Assembly (NCBI GenBank): GCA_042218065.1
Contig: JBDGRL010000002.1
Span: forward strand, 15,539-79,538
Reading direction: 5' to 3'
Origin: Candidatus Magasanikiibacteriota bacterium
GTDB lineage: Bacteria; Patescibacteriota; Patescibacteriia; Magasanikbacterales; UBA922
Length of the DNA stretch: 64,000 nt
The notes beneath the pieces are model-generated. The model was not told the origin of the DNA, did not search any database, and saw only the letters and a program-made list of their open reading frames with translations. Positions within the stretch are counted from its first letter, which is position 1. Every line of letters starts with the position of its first letter. Of the stretch, positions 44,879 through 55,985 are shown piece after piece. The translations under genes and the position numbers were made by a program.

Positions 44879-45835
44879 ATGATTAGTTCATCTAATATAA
44901 TATCCAGAAGCATTTCTGTATATAAGAATAATTTTCTGGATTATGTAAAATATATCGTACTAGGTTTACTTCCCGGTGCAATAATGGGTGGTCTATTCTT
45001 AGTTTTTGGTTCTGCTGCTGCGATAGGGATTGTAGGATCGGGTATGAGTAGTACGGCTTCTTTAGTTTTTGGGGTTATTCTTTTTGCCATTATAGTTTTA
45101 TTTGCCATAGGTTTGTCCTTATGGGTTAATTTTGCGTTTATTAGAATGATCGGCTTAAAAGCAAGAGGAGAAGATACTGAAGGGGTTTTAGATAATTTTA
45201 TTGCCGTACGTTCTAAGTTTTGGCGGGCAATCGGGGCTAGCATTGTCATGAGTATATACGGAGGTTGGCCTCTGATTGTGGTTTCTTTGTTTTATTATTT
45301 GTATAGCTTAACAGGAGCAGAAGTAAGTGGTTCTGTATTAGTAGTATTTGCACTACTTGGATTGGCTGCGTTATTTTTGGGTATCTACTTTTTTGTAAGA
45401 GTGTTTTTCTCTGTTTTTCATGTCATTTTAGGTGATGCTGATATTTTTGAAGCTATAGATTACAGCCAAGATCAAGTAATAGGAAGCTGGTTTGGTGTGT
45501 TTTGGAGGCTTATTGCTCCTGCAATTGTATTTTTCATCATCAGTATTCTAGCACAAATTCTGCTTGGAGGTCTCTCAGCAGTTATAGATGCTACTGCAGT
45601 TTCTTTGCTTCTTTCCTTGCTTTTGTTTGCAATTCAAGTTCTAGTTCCACCACTATTTCCAACTGCACAGGTAGTTTTATACAATGATTTAGCTAACTCA
45701 AACCCTTCTTTGGGTGAGGATGAAGACAGCTCGGTGGATAGTTCTAAAGAAAAAGAAGATAAATCAAATACGAAAGAAGGGCAATCTGAAGAGAACCAAG
45801 CCGATGTCGATCTCAACGAATCCTTGGATAGCTAA
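44879..45835 (+). CDS. Polytopic membrane protein with acidic C-terminal tail
   Basis: Glycine-zipper-rich TM helices; C-terminal EDEDSSVDSSKEKEDK...DVDLNESLDS; paralogous to the next gene. Confidence 0.4.
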   Translation: MISSSNIISRSISVYKNNFLDYVKYIVLGLLPGAIMGGLFLVFGSAAAIGIVGSGMSSTASLVFGVILFAIIVLFAIGLSLWVNFAFIRMIGLKARGEDTEGVLDNFIAVRSKFWRAIGASIVMSIYGGWPLIVVSLFYYLYSLTGAEVSGSVLVVFALLGLAALFLGIYFFVRVFFSVFHVILGDADIFEAIDYSQDQVIGSWFGVFWRLIAPAIVFFIISILAQILLGGLSAVIDATAVSLLLSLLLFAIQVLVPPLFPTAQVVLYNDLANSNPSLGEDEDSSVDSSKEKEDKSNTKEGQSEENQADVDLNESLDS

Positions 45836-45893
45836 TTAAGAAGCTGAATTACCTGGAAATCAAAATTAAATTAAACAAAGCAAAGCAGACAAA

Positions 45894-46679
45894 ATGCTTA
45901 TTAGTGCAAGTAAAATAATTACAAAAAGTGTAGAACTATACCGGGAACATTGGAGAAAGATTCTAGAATATGTAGGAGTATTTTTTGTATCAATTTTGCT
46001 ATTAATTGTATTACAGCAATTAATTTTTCCTCCCAAAACAATAGTTATAACCAGCATCTCTGATATTAATGCAACCTATATTGCTTATCTCATATACAAG
46101 GCTGTTTTCATAATAGTTTTACTTTGGCTTACAGTAGGTCTTATTAAGGCAATGGCTCGTTGCTATAAAGGAAAGAAACCTCAAGGCATGAAAAATGAGT
46201 TAGAGTATAGTGCTAAGCATATCCTTTCTATAATAGGTGTTTCTATAGCAGTAAGCTTGACTGTTTCTGTGGGGTTTTTGTTGCTAATTATACCCGGAAT
46301 TATATTTTCAGTTTGGTTTAACTTTGCCTTGTATAGAGTAGCGCTGGAAGATGAAACTCCGATAACTGCAATGAAAGAAAGTAAAGAGCTGGTAGAAGGT
46401 AGGTGGTGGTCTGTTTTGTGGAGACTATTCTTGCCAGCTTTTGTTTTAAATTTAGGAATATTTTTGATTCAAGGGATTTTGATATTTGTTATTCGTATGA
46501 TAACGCCTAATGCTTTGATTATTAATACAGCTTCGGGTATAGCTAGTCTGTTTTTGTTCCCTGTTACACTTTTGGCAGCTATTATTTTATATATAGAGCT
46601 CAAAAAGACACCCGTAGAACAAAACCAACCACACCCAGAACCAAATAGCGATTCAGAGAGTAATGTGATAGAGAGTTAG
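45894..46679 (+). CDS. Polytopic membrane protein (paralog of 44879-45835)
   Basis: N-terminus ITKSVELYREHWRKILEYVGVF compared with ISRSISVYKNNFLDYVKYIVLG in the neighbour; the TM layout is similar. Confidence 0.4.
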   Translation: MLISASKIITKSVELYREHWRKILEYVGVFFVSILLLIVLQQLIFPPKTIVITSISDINATYIAYLIYKAVFIIVLLWLTVGLIKAMARCYKGKKPQGMKNELEYSAKHILSIIGVSIAVSLTVSVGFLLLIIPGIIFSVWFNFALYRVALEDETPITAMKESKELVEGRWWSVLWRLFLPAFVLNLGIFLIQGILIFVIRMITPNALIINTASGIASLFLFPVTLLAAIILYIELKKTPVEQNQPHPEPNSDSESNVIES

Positions 46680-46761
46680 TAAAATGGTTTAGAGATATTC
46701 GCAAGAAATTATACAATTTATTAGAAATTATTGAATATAAGCTAAAATAACAAACACAATT

Positions 46762-48309
46762 ATGCCAGATTATACACCGGTAATAGGAATGGAAGTGCAC
46801 GTACAACTTAAAACAGAAAGTAAGATGTTTTCTTCTGCTAAGAATGAGCTGGATGAAGAAGAGCCAAATGTGAATATAAATGAGATTGATTTAGGTCATC
46901 CCGGGACACTACCTGTTCCCAATAAGAAAGCCATAGAATGGACAGCAAAGATAGGGTCAGCCTTGGGTTGCGATATTGCTGAAGAATCGAAGTTTGATCG
47001 TAAGCATTATTTTTACCCTGATCTTCCTAAAGGATATCAAATCTCACAGTATGATCAGCCAATTGCAAAAGATGGAGAGCTGCAGCTAGAATTTTATTTA
47101 GATGATAATATTCGCGATGAAGCAAAAATAGGGATTAAACGAGCTCACCTGGAAGAAGATACAGGAAAATCAACCCATGACATTCATGGCAATACAATGG
47201 TCGACTTTAACAGAGCAGGCACTCCCTTGGTAGAGATAGTCACAAATCCAGATTTTAGGAACGGCTTGGAGGCAAAAAAGTATTGCCAGGAGCTCCAAAG
47301 AATTTTGAGATATTTGGAGGTAAGTGATGCTGATATGGAGAAGGGGCACATGAGATGCGAGGCTAATATTTCCCTACAAGAAGTCGGTAAATTTGAAAAA
47401 GAAGATGGTGAAATTAAACCTTTGGGTGATTATAATTTAAATAATAAGGTAGAAGTCAAAAATTTGAACTCATTTAAGGTTGTAAAAGAGGCGATAGACT
47501 ATGAGATAGATCGTCAAAAAGCAATGCTGGAAGAAGGTGATTCATGGATACAACAAACTCGTGGCTGGAATGAAAATGAAAAGAAGACAGAACTACAAAG
47601 AAAGAAGGAGACAGCAGCGGACTATAGGTATTTTCCTGAGCCTGATATCCCTCCTTTTAACCCTTTAGAAATTTCAGGTGGTTTATCTATTCCGGAGTTA
47701 CCTATTGAAAAAAGATTGCGTTTTCATAATGAGTATGGTTTTTCTTACTCCGACGCTGAACAATTAACCAGAAGCAAAAAGTGGGCAAGTTTTGCTGAAG
47801 GAGTTATGAGTGATCTTGTTAGTTGGCTTCATGCTTCTGATGATATAGAGAGTGATACTGATGAAATTTTAAAAAACAGGAAGGAAGAGCTGGCACAGCT
47901 TGCCGGAAACTGGATGAATAATGAATTAAAAGGGAAACTCAAAGAAACACAAAAAAATATTGATGATTTATCTTTTGCTCAAGAAAATTTTGCCGAATTA
48001 ATAACTTTAATTTACACCGATCAAGTTAATTCTACTAATGCCAGCAAGATTCTGGAGAAAATGATAGATTCTGATACGGACATTGATCCAAGCCACATTA
48101 TGGAAGAGGAGGGATATGGGCAGATTAGTGATGAAGATAAGATTGAGGAAATTGTTGAAGAGGTAATAGATGACAATCCAGAACAGGTTCAGCAATACAG
48201 GGACGGTAAAGAGGGGGTGCTGGAATACTTAGTAGGAATGGTTATGAGAGCAACTGAAGGTAGTGCCGACCCACAACAAGCTAAAAAAACATTAAAAGAT
48301 AAGCTGTAA
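46762..48309 (+). CDS. gatB: Asp-tRNA(Asn)/Glu-tRNA(Gln) amidotransferase subunit B
   Basis: The N-terminus MPDYTPVIGMEVHVQLKTESKMFSSA is the GatB signature. Length is 515 aa. Confidence 0.9.
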   Translation: MPDYTPVIGMEVHVQLKTESKMFSSAKNELDEEEPNVNINEIDLGHPGTLPVPNKKAIEWTAKIGSALGCDIAEESKFDRKHYFYPDLPKGYQISQYDQPIAKDGELQLEFYLDDNIRDEAKIGIKRAHLEEDTGKSTHDIHGNTMVDFNRAGTPLVEIVTNPDFRNGLEAKKYCQELQRILRYLEVSDADMEKGHMRCEANISLQEVGKFEKEDGEIKPLGDYNLNNKVEVKNLNSFKVVKEAIDYEIDRQKAMLEEGDSWIQQTRGWNENEKKTELQRKKETAADYRYFPEPDIPPFNPLEISGGLSIPELPIEKRLRFHNEYGFSYSDAEQLTRSKKWASFAEGVMSDLVSWLHASDDIESDTDEILKNRKEELAQLAGNWMNNELKGKLKETQKNIDDLSFAQENFAELITLIYTDQVNSTNASKILEKMIDSDTDIDPSHIMEEEGYGQISDEDKIEEIVEEVIDDNPEQVQQYRDGKEGVLEYLVGMVMRATEGSADPQQAKKTLKDKL

Positions 48310-48526
48310 AACACTTAATCCTACTCTTTTTAGCTCTCTTGTTTTATTTTCAGCTAAGAATTAATTTTTAAATTGAGCTCAATATTTTGGAAGAAGAATT
48401 AATTATATTTTTTGAACGGTGACTTAGGTGTGTCAGTTTCGATTGCAGTGACTGATGCAGTAGTAAATATTATTGAGTATTATTTTCATGAGAGAATTTG
48501 GAATGGTATCAAGTGGGCGAAGTAAT

Positions 48527-49072
48527 TTAGTTTATGGTGATGTTTTCCTCTAAGATAGAATATTTTAGTATATAATAAGACAAAAATTCATTTTTTATGT
48601 CGCCTTTTATGGCCATTTCGGCTGCTTTTTCTAGATTAAAAAATTTCACCTCCTCTACCATCTCCCCCTTGTCTTCTTCAATAGAACTTTCCTCTAGATT
48701 TTTAGCGATATAAAAATATACATCCCATACAAAGTAGGAAGAATCTTCATTTTTCTTGTATAGCTCAAGCTGATTCGCTTTATATCCAGCTTCTTCTTGT
48801 AGCTCTTTTTGGGCTGCTTCCTCTGGTGTTTCATCTTGTTCTATTTTTCCTGCCGGCAAAAACCACGTCGGTTCAGAATACCTGAATCTTTCCTCTTTTA
48901 TTAAAAGTAATTGCCCTTCTTCGTTAAAAGCAAATACATTTACACTGGGAGAGCGATAACACAATTCATAAGTAGCAGTTTCACCGTCTTCATATTCTAC
49001 TTTTTGAGTTTGAATGCTGAATATTTTACCTTCGTATTGTGTTTCCGGTTGTTTGATTGGTTTTGGTTGCAT
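48527..49072 (-). CDS. NUDIX hydrolase
   Basis: The Nudix box LPAGKIEQDETPEEAAQKELQEEAGY is present. Confidence 0.8.
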   Translation of the reverse strand: MQPKPIKQPETQYEGKIFSIQTQKVEYEDGETATYELCYRSPSVNVFAFNEEGQLLLIKEERFRYSEPTWFLPAGKIEQDETPEEAAQKELQEEAGYKANQLELYKKNEDSSYFVWDVYFYIAKNLEESSIEEDKGEMVEEVKFFNLEKAAEMAIKGDIKNEFLSYYILKYSILEENITIN

Positions 49073-49492
49073 GAAGTTTTATTTACCTTTGCAGGTAGAT
49101 ATTTACATTTTCTATAAACTTAGTAGTACTAGACTTATAACTGTTCTTTAATATCTATTTTTCAAAACTATTTTTTCAAAAGCTTTTAATTAAAATAATA
49201 TTATTACTAAAAAAATACAAATCACCATTATTGTTTATAGACAAAAATAATACACAACTTTCTGTTTTCAGGCACATTTTGAAATGGCGTTGCGTATATT
49301 TGTTAGTATGCAATACTACACGAAACTGTTTAGCCTCTCTTCACTGCTGTCTTAAGTAGCGTTGACAAGCCCATAGTACGGTGGAATAAATATTTTTTTT
49401 ACACTATACTACACTACATAGTATTTGACGAGCTTCGTAATTAAAAGGCAAAAGGTAGTGGCTATAGTATTATTTATTTTTAAAGAACTTAT

Positions 49493-50242
49493 ATGAGAAA
49501 AATAGTAATTATAACAATCTCATTAACTTTACTGTTTCCTTTTTGGGTAGAAGCCCAGGGGATAAAATACACCGACCAACAAGATCACTACTCTTTTAGT
49601 GTTCCAAAAGGATGGACTGAAATACCGAAGGAGCAAATTGAACAACTAGAACAAAATGTACAAAAACAGTTTGGGGGGAAGGGCCAGGTGATAGATTATA
49701 AAACCGGTTTTCAACCCAAAAGCCATAAAAGGATTAGACCTCCTCATATAATTGTACAAGTACAAAAACACAAATCAATAAATACCCCCTCTTATAGTCA
49801 GATTAAAGAAATATTACAAAATAAAAAACCTATAAGAAAACTTGAAGGTAAAAGTAATTTATCTGAATTATTATCTAATGCTGAAATCAATGAGCCTATT
49901 ATAGATAAAGAAAGAAATATTGTACTTACAAATATGGAGACTAATTTGAAAAATGGTAAAAAATTAAAAATGATGATGGTTATGTTTTTAGGTAAAAAAA
50001 ATATTACACAATTGAATTTTTACTCCTTAAAATCTGAATACTCAAAAAATTTGCCAATCTTCAAAAAAGTTATTGATTCGTTCAAGTATGAGCAGGGATA
50101 CAAATATAATTTAGAACAAGCAAAGAAAAATGACCCCCCAAGCATTTTTGAGGGGATGACAGAAGCAGGAATTAAGGGACTGATAGGAGGGGTGCTTTTA
50201 GCATTAGTTGGTGGTTTAGTTTATAAGTCTAAAAGTAAATAG
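49493..50242 (+). CDS. Hypothetical secreted protein with C-terminal glycine-zipper TM anchor
   Basis: A signal peptide and the C-terminal GIKGLIGGVLLALVGGLVYKSKSK. Confidence 0.4.
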   Translation: MRKIVIITISLTLLFPFWVEAQGIKYTDQQDHYSFSVPKGWTEIPKEQIEQLEQNVQKQFGGKGQVIDYKTGFQPKSHKRIRPPHIIVQVQKHKSINTPSYSQIKEILQNKKPIRKLEGKSNLSELLSNAEINEPIIDKERNIVLTNMETNLKNGKKLKMMMVMFLGKKNITQLNFYSLKSEYSKNLPIFKKVIDSFKYEQGYKYNLEQAKKNDPPSIFEGMTEAGIKGLIGGVLLALVGGLVYKSKSK

Positions 50243-50296
50243 AAATATATTAAGGTTTAAATTTTCAAAGTTTATGAATTATTTTTTTTGCAGTTT

Positions 50297-51706
50297 TTAA
50301 TACCGATAATACTCCGGCTTCATCGGCCCATCTTTATTCACTCCGAGATAATCCGCTTGTTCTTCACTAATTTCGGTGAGATTTACTCCTAGTTTATCTA
50401 AGTGAAGTCGAGCAACCTCCTCATCTAGATGTTTTGGTAGTCGATAAACATTTTTTTCATATTTTTCCTTATTTTCCCACAGCTCCATTTGTGCCATTAC
50501 CTGGTTGGTAAAGGATGCACTCATGACAAAGCTGGGATGGCCGGTAGCACAGCCTAGATTTACCAATCGCCCTTCGGCTAGCAGAAATATACTATTTCCG
50601 TTGTCAAAAGTATAACGATCTACTTGCTCTTTTATGCTATCCTTCTCAGCAGAAGAATTATTTAGAGCTGAAACTTGGATTTCATTATCAAAGTGGCCGA
50701 TATTGCAGACAATTGCTTGGTCTTTCATTTGCTTCATATGCTCAAGCGTAATTACATCTTTGTTTCCGGTAGCAGTTACATAAATGTCAGCTTTTCCTAG
50801 CGTATCCTCGATTGTGGTTACTTCATAGCCTTCCATGACAGCTTGTAGAGCACAGATCGGATCGATCTCAGCTACTATTACACGACAGCCTTGTCCGTCC
50901 AGTGCCTGAACCACACCTTTGCCTACATCGCCATAACCGCAAACTACAGCAGTCTTGCCACCCAGCATTACATCCATCGACCTGTTTAATCCATCAACTA
51001 TTGAGTGACGGCAGCCATATTTATTATCAAATTTTGATTTGGTGACTGAGTCATTTACATTTATTGCTGGAAAAAGTAGCTTATTTTCTTCAGCTAGCTC
51101 ATAAAGTCTGTGTACTCCGGTAGTGGTTTCTTCTGACACTCCCTTGATATTCTCTGCTACTTTATGCCAGCGATTTTCATCTTTTTCATATTCTTTTTTT
51201 AATTTTTTGATCAGCTCTTGTTTACTTTCTGGTTTGTCAGATAAGTCCTGCTCAAGCAGCTCTGGGTTTTCTTCTAGTTCATAGCCTTTGTGTACCATCA
51301 ATGTTGCATCCCCACCATCGTCTACTATCAGATCAGGACCATTTCCGTCGCCAAAGTTCAGTGCTTGTTCTGTACACCACCAATACTCTTCGACAGTTTC
51401 GCCCTCCCAAGCAAAAACCGAGATATCTTGATCAGCTATAGCTGCAGCGGCATGGTCTTGGGTAGAGAAGATATTACAGCTAGCCCAACGGACTTCTGCA
51501 CCTAATGCATCCAGAGTTTCAATCAATACTGCAGTCTGGACAGTCATATGCAACGACCCCATTATTTTTACTCCTTCTAGGGGTTTATCATCGGCATATT
51601 TGTCTTTGACTTGCATTAGACCGGGCATTTCTTGTTTGGCTACTTCTATCTCTTTGTGTCCTTCATCGGCTAGGTTAATATCTGCTATTTTATAGTCATT
51701 GGACAT
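50297..51706 (-). CDS. ahcY: Adenosylhomocysteinase
   Basis: [31 protein letters not shown] and an NAD-binding GYGDVGKG motif; 469 aa. Confidence 0.9.
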   Translation of the reverse strand: MSNDYKIADINLADEGHKEIEVAKQEMPGLMQVKDKYADDKPLEGVKIMGSLHMTVQTAVLIETLDALGAEVRWASCNIFSTQDHAAAAIADQDISVFAWEGETVEEYWWCTEQALNFGDGNGPDLIVDDGGDATLMVHKGYELEENPELLEQDLSDKPESKQELIKKLKKEYEKDENRWHKVAENIKGVSEETTTGVHRLYELAEENKLLFPAINVNDSVTKSKFDNKYGCRHSIVDGLNRSMDVMLGGKTAVVCGYGDVGKGVVQALDGQGCRVIVAEIDPICALQAVMEGYEVTTIEDTLGKADIYVTATGNKDVITLEHMKQMKDQAIVCNIGHFDNEIQVSALNNSSAEKDSIKEQVDRYTFDNGNSIFLLAEGRLVNLGCATGHPSFVMSASFTNQVMAQMELWENKEKYEKNVYRLPKHLDEEVARLHLDKLGVNLTEISEEQADYLGVNKDGPMKPEYYRY

Positions 51707-51718
51707 AACTGGTGTTTA

Positions 51719-52675
51719 TTATGATTTAAAAAGTTTATCGGGTAGTTTTTTGTTATATTCTTGTTTGAATCTTTTCTCAAAACTTTTTTGATCAAATTCA
51801 TATTCTTGAGTTCCATAATTTTCTACTGCATAAACAGCAGAGGTAGATGCTATCTGTCCGCAAGTTTTAAGGTCTAATCCTGAATTATAGCTAGCAATGA
51901 AACCGGCCCTATAAGCGTCCCCTGCACCTGTAGGGTCTAGGTTTTCTCTTGGACTGCAAGCTTCTATGTCTAGTTTTTTTTCTTTAGTTTTAATTATTGA
52001 ACCCTTTGGCCCTTTTGTTTTTATCAAGATTTCGACTTGTTCTTCAAGTTCTTTTTCGCTAATATTTGCTTGGTCAGTAATTAGTTCAATTTCATAATCA
52101 TTACCAATAGCAATATGGGCTCTTTTTAGGGAAGATTTTATTTGTTTTTCACTAAAACTAGTGATTTGTTGTCCAGGATCGAAAGCAAATTTGATATTTT
52201 TTTCCTTGCACTCTTTTCCAAATTTAACAAAAGCCTCGGGTTTAGAAGGTGAATGAATAGCGAAGTCAATATTTTCTTCTACATCTTTTATGCTCATTTC
52301 ATCTGTGTACGTTAAGGCTCCATTATGGAATGCTGTAATCTGATTATCTTTTTTGTCTGTAGTTATATGTGCCGAAGCAGTCATTTCCTTTTCTATTTGT
52401 TTTATATAGGTTGTATCTATTCCTTTTTGTTGTAATTTTTCGATATATTCGTCTCCATCTTTGCCTAAAGGGGCTAATATTATGGGGTGTCGACCAAGAA
52501 AGTTTAAAGTGTGTGCAATATTTCCAGCTGTCCCACCTAGATTTTTTTCTAGTTGATCTATATTAAAGGAAACACTAAGTTCGTGGATTTTGTCTTCGAT
52601 AATGTAGTCTTCAAACTTTCCCGGAAAATCCATAATGTAATCATAGCATAGTGATCCTGTAACTAAGATCGACAT
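51719..52675 (-). CDS. PfkB-family carbohydrate/nucleoside kinase (likely adenosine kinase, given adjacency to ahcY)
   Basis: N-terminal GG motif region and C-terminal DPTGAGDAYRAGFIASY. Confidence 0.75.
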   Translation of the reverse strand: MSILVTGSLCYDYIMDFPGKFEDYIIEDKIHELSVSFNIDQLEKNLGGTAGNIAHTLNFLGRHPIILAPLGKDGDEYIEKLQQKGIDTTYIKQIEKEMTASAHITTDKKDNQITAFHNGALTYTDEMSIKDVEENIDFAIHSPSKPEAFVKFGKECKEKNIKFAFDPGQQITSFSEKQIKSSLKRAHIAIGNDYEIELITDQANISEKELEEQVEILIKTKGPKGSIIKTKEKKLDIEACSPRENLDPTGAGDAYRAGFIASYNSGLDLKTCGQIASTSAVYAVENYGTQEYEFDQKSFEKRFKQEYNKKLPDKLFKS

Positions 52676-53015
52676 AACTGATATGAAATTAATAAATAAA
52701 TTTTGCCACGCCCCCCTTATGCGTGGCTTCTCCTTCGTTTTAGTCTGCTCCTATCTGTTTTTCTATATGTTCAATATCATATTTAGGCCCATCTTCATCT
52801 GACCTACTTTGTGATACTTTTGCCCTGAACCTATGCAAGAAAAGTCTGTTTTCATCTATATCAGACTTATTTGTGTCTTTTTTCTGTTCTGAGCCTTCAC
52901 ACTCTGAGCCTTCACACATTGTATTTCCTCTTGTCTGTAGGAGCTGAACTCTATCAAATTATAACTTTTTTAGAATTTTTTTGCCAGAGAAAGATAATCA
53001 AAATTTAGTTCTATT

Positions 53016-53534
53016 TTATTCCTCTAGGGTAAATCGCAAGGGCTTATCTGCCCATTCTTTAGCATAATCTACACCTATGCGTGGACTAGAGTTTATCTGG
53101 TCTTTTGAAATTTTATTTTTATTATCTTCGATCCATAAACCTGTTTTTTTATTTGCCGGTTTATTATTATAAGACCTATTAATATTTAGTTCTCGAGTTA
53201 ATATACCCGGACCATCGTACTCTCCTGCAGATCTTATAAGCACGGCGCAGGGGGTATTTTTTTCTTCTGTGACTATATTGAGCATATCGTACATGCCATA
53301 GATTAAATATACATACCAGACTCCGGGTGGGCCATACATGACTTTGGTTCTGTCAGTTTTTCCTGAGTGAGCATGGCAAGCTTTGTCTTCTTCCCCTAAA
53401 TATGCCTCAGTTTCCTTTATTTTTAATTTTTTTAAACCTTGTTTTTCTTGTTTGACTATATGTTTCCCTAATAGGTCTTTAACAATTTTAATTGTATCTT
53501 GATTAAAATACTCTTGACCTAAGATTTTATTCAT
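53016..53534 (-). CDS. DNA-3-methyladenine glycosylase (MPG/AAG family)
   Basis: ETEAYLGEEDKACHAHSGKTDRTKVMYGPPGVWYVYLIYGMYDMLNIVT...AVLIRS matches the methylpurine glycosylase fold. Confidence 0.8.
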   Translation of the reverse strand: MNKILGQEYFNQDTIKIVKDLLGKHIVKQEKQGLKKLKIKETEAYLGEEDKACHAHSGKTDRTKVMYGPPGVWYVYLIYGMYDMLNIVTEEKNTPCAVLIRSAGEYDGPGILTRELNINRSYNNKPANKKTGLWIEDNKNKISKDQINSSPRIGVDYAKEWADKPLRFTLEE

Positions 53535-53582
53535 TGTATTTTTTTGAGTATAGTAATTTAAAAGACAACTAATATCAAACCT

Positions 53583-54161
53583 ATGGATATCAACTCAGTT
53601 TTAGATCAATCTCAAAACTTAGAACCTACCTCCGGAGGAGATGATAAGATCGATGATATGTTATTTGATGACGATGATGATAACCCCCAAGAAAGTGAAC
53701 AACAAAAAACAAGGAAAGAGTATTCGCAGGAGGAACTGCAAGAAAAACTTAAAAATTTAAAAGAAAAAATAAAATCTAGAAAATGTGACACTTACCCCGA
53801 AGCCGATGCAGAAGATAGGCTTGAGGAGATAGAAAGACAATCCAGTACAGTAGGTTTAGAGAGCATTTCTGGTACAGTAAATGACCTTAAGCTTGATTTA
53901 GAAAATATTGTCCAAGAAACAGAGCAGGGTTTAGAAAAAGAACCAATACAAAAACTGAAAGAAAATGATATTTCTAAGGCTGAACTTAAAAGAGGCCAAA
54001 AAGAGTTATTAGATCTCAAGGAAGCATATGAAGAACGCATGGAAAGATTGTGGGAGCGGGTAGAGAGATTAGAGACCGAACTAGAAGAAGGTGATTCTGG
54101 CACAGATGACTTTTCTGCTGGCATGGGTGATATTAGTAATGGGGGACTAGGAGCAATTTAA
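53583..54161 (+). CDS. Hypothetical acidic coiled-coil protein
   Basis: Complete ORF; Asp/Glu-rich; no motif. Confidence 0.35.
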   Translation: MDINSVLDQSQNLEPTSGGDDKIDDMLFDDDDDNPQESEQQKTRKEYSQEELQEKLKNLKEKIKSRKCDTYPEADAEDRLEEIERQSSTVGLESISGTVNDLKLDLENIVQETEQGLEKEPIQKLKENDISKAELKRGQKELLDLKEAYEERMERLWERVERLETELEEGDSGTDDFSAGMGDISNGGLGAI

Positions 54162-54219
54162 TTTTTTTTATTTAAAAACAGATGTTATACTAAAGATAGT
54201 TTATTTTTAACAGAGATTT

Positions 54220-54555
54220 ATGGGCAGTCTTTATGCGTTTCTTCCTCTGCTCGTGACCATAATTATATATGCATATTTTGCATATAGTCTTATGGTTATA
54301 GCTCAAAGACTAAACGTAGAGAACGCTTGGCTAGCTTGGATCCCGATAGTTAACCTATATACTCTGGTTATGGCAGCAGGTCGTCCAGCATGGTGGTTCA
54401 TACTAATGCTTATCCCGGTTGTTAATTTGATTGTGATGATAGTAGCTTGGATGGACATTGCTGGCCGCTTAGGTAAACCCAAGTGGGTTGGAATTTTAGT
54501 TATAATTCCAGTAGTTCAGCTGATATTGCCTGGTTATTTGGCTTTTAGTAACTAA
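54220..54555 (+). CDS. Small integral membrane protein (three or four TM helices)
   Basis: 111 aa, highly hydrophobic with Trp-rich loops. Confidence 0.4.
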   Translation: MGSLYAFLPLLVTIIIYAYFAYSLMVIAQRLNVENAWLAWIPIVNLYTLVMAAGRPAWWFILMLIPVVNLIVMIVAWMDIAGRLGKPKWVGILVIIPVVQLILPGYLAFSN

Positions 54556-54580
54556 GAGAAAAAACAACTTGTTTTGATAA

Positions 54581-54606
54581 AGGGGCCGAAAGGCCCCTCT
54601 TTTTAA
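54581..54606 (+). terminator. Rho-independent terminator
   Basis: AGGGGCC-GAAA-GGCCCCT followed by CTTTTTAATT. Confidence 0.65.
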
Positions 54607-54616
54607 TTATCCACAG

Positions 54617-54644
54617 TTGATACCGAAATTTTTATAGGTATACT
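54617..54644 (+). promoter_or_regulatory. Sigma70-type promoter upstream of the mqo-like gene
   Basis: TTGATA (54617-54622), a 16-nt spacer, then TATACT (54639-54644). Confidence 0.4.
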
Positions 54645-54671
54645 AAAAAGTGTCAAAATAAAATAACCTAC

Positions 54672-55985
54672 ATGTCTAAAAAATATGATACTACAATAAT
54701 TGGGGGAGGTATTAGTGGAGCAGCTTTATTGTATGTATTAAGTAAATATTCTGATATAGAAAATATAGCTCTGATTGAAAAAGAGGAGCAAATAGCTATG
54801 GGTGCTTCAAATAAAAATAATAACAGTCAAACTCTTCATTTTGGAGATATAGAAACTAATTACACCTTAGATAAAGCAAAAAAAGTAAAAGAAGCAGCTG
54901 AGATGGTAGTAAACTATATTGAGAATCATAAGCAAGAGAATTTATATTCAAAAACACATAAAATGGTTTTAGCAGTAGGAGAAGAAGAGGTTGAAAGATT
55001 GGAAGATAGGTATGATAAATTTAAAGAACTGTTCCCTAAATTAAAAAAAGCTAGAAGAGAAGAATTAAAAAAGATTGAACCAAATTTAGTAAAACAAAGA
55101 GATGAGGATGTGCCTCTATTAGCTTTAGTTACTTCTGATGGATACATTCTAAATTACGGAAAATTAGCTCGATCATTTGTTCAGCATGCAAAGGAGTCAA
55201 ATAAGGATGTTGATGTTTTTTTAGAAGAGAAAGTAAAAAGTATCGAAAAAAATTCTGACTTCAGGATTAAAACTAAAAAAAGAGAAATTAATACAAAAAC
55301 TATTGCTGTAGCGGCAGGTGGGTATAGTTTGAAGTTTGCTTATCAACTAGGTTATGGAAAAGATCTGATAATTTTACCTGTAGAGGGGAGCTTCTTTTGT
55401 GCTGAGGATAAGGTCAATGGAAAAGTTTATATGATGCAAGACCCTAAGCTGCCTTTTGCTGCAATTCACGCTGATCCAGATGTAGAGGATCCGACTGAAA
55501 CAAGGTTTGGCCCAGTATCAAAAGTTCTTCCAATGCTAGAAAAGAGAAATTGGAGATCTATTATTGATTTTTTTGACTTATTTGAGTTTAGGTGGGATGC
55601 GATTGCTAGTTTATTTAGTATCATTTCTGATCCTGTATATTTGAGATATGTTGTTATGCAGATTATTTATGCGCTGCCGATAATAGGTAAGCTGGCATAC
55701 TTAAAAGAGGCAAGAAAAATAGTGCCGTCTATAAAATACAGTGATTTAAAGTTGGATACCTCAATCGGTGAGATAAGACCCCAGATAGTAAATGTAAAAG
55801 AAAGATCGCTTGATTTGGGTGAGGCTAAAATAATAGGTGATGATATAATATTTAATATTACTCCTTCTCCTGGAGCTTCAGTTTGTTTGCAAAATGCAAA
55901 GAAAGATGCTGAAACCACCTTGGGTTTTTTAAATAAGGACTTTTACAAAGAAAAGTTCGAGCAAAAGTTTGGATCTAGGAAATAG
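54672..55985 (+). CDS. mqo: FAD-dependent malate:quinone oxidoreductase family protein
   Basis: TTIIGGGISGAALLYVL...SNKNNNSQTLHFGDIETNYT parallels the Mqo N-terminus (GGGI...NNAGTGH...ELNYT). Confidence 0.65.
   Translation: MSKKYDTTIIGGGISGAALLYVLSKYSDIENIALIEKEEQIAMGASNKNNNSQTLHFGDIETNYTLDKAKKVKEAAEMVVNYIENHKQENLYSKTHKMVLAVGEEEVERLEDRYDKFKELFPKLKKARREELKKIEPNLVKQRDEDVPLLALVTSDGYILNYGKLARSFVQHAKESNKDVDVFLEEKVKSIEKNSDFRIKTKKREINTKTIAVAAGGYSLKFAYQLGYGKDLIILPVEGSFFCAEDKVNGKVYMMQDPKLPFAAIHADPDVEDPTETRFGPVSKVLPMLEKRNWRSIIDFFDLFEFRWDAIASLFSIISDPVYLRYVVMQIIYALPIIGKLAYLKEARKIVPSIKYSDLKLDTSIGEIRPQIVNVKERSLDLGEAKIIGDDIIFNITPSPGASVCLQNAKKDAETTLGFLNKDFYKEKFEQKFGSRK

Noticed and set aside
49300-49460. 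Small palindromic repeats (ATACTACACTACATAGTAT) and TTGACA-like boxes upstream of the 49493 gene as a distinct element
   Set aside because: They are most simply a promoter/operator region for the downstream secreted-protein gene; there is no additional copy or structure to support more.
52740-52930. 59-codon minus-strand ORF (MCEGSECEGSEQKKDTNKSD...) between the PfkB kinase and the MPG glycosylase
   Set aside because: It is below the size threshold, low-complexity, and has no conserved motif; it is left uncalled.
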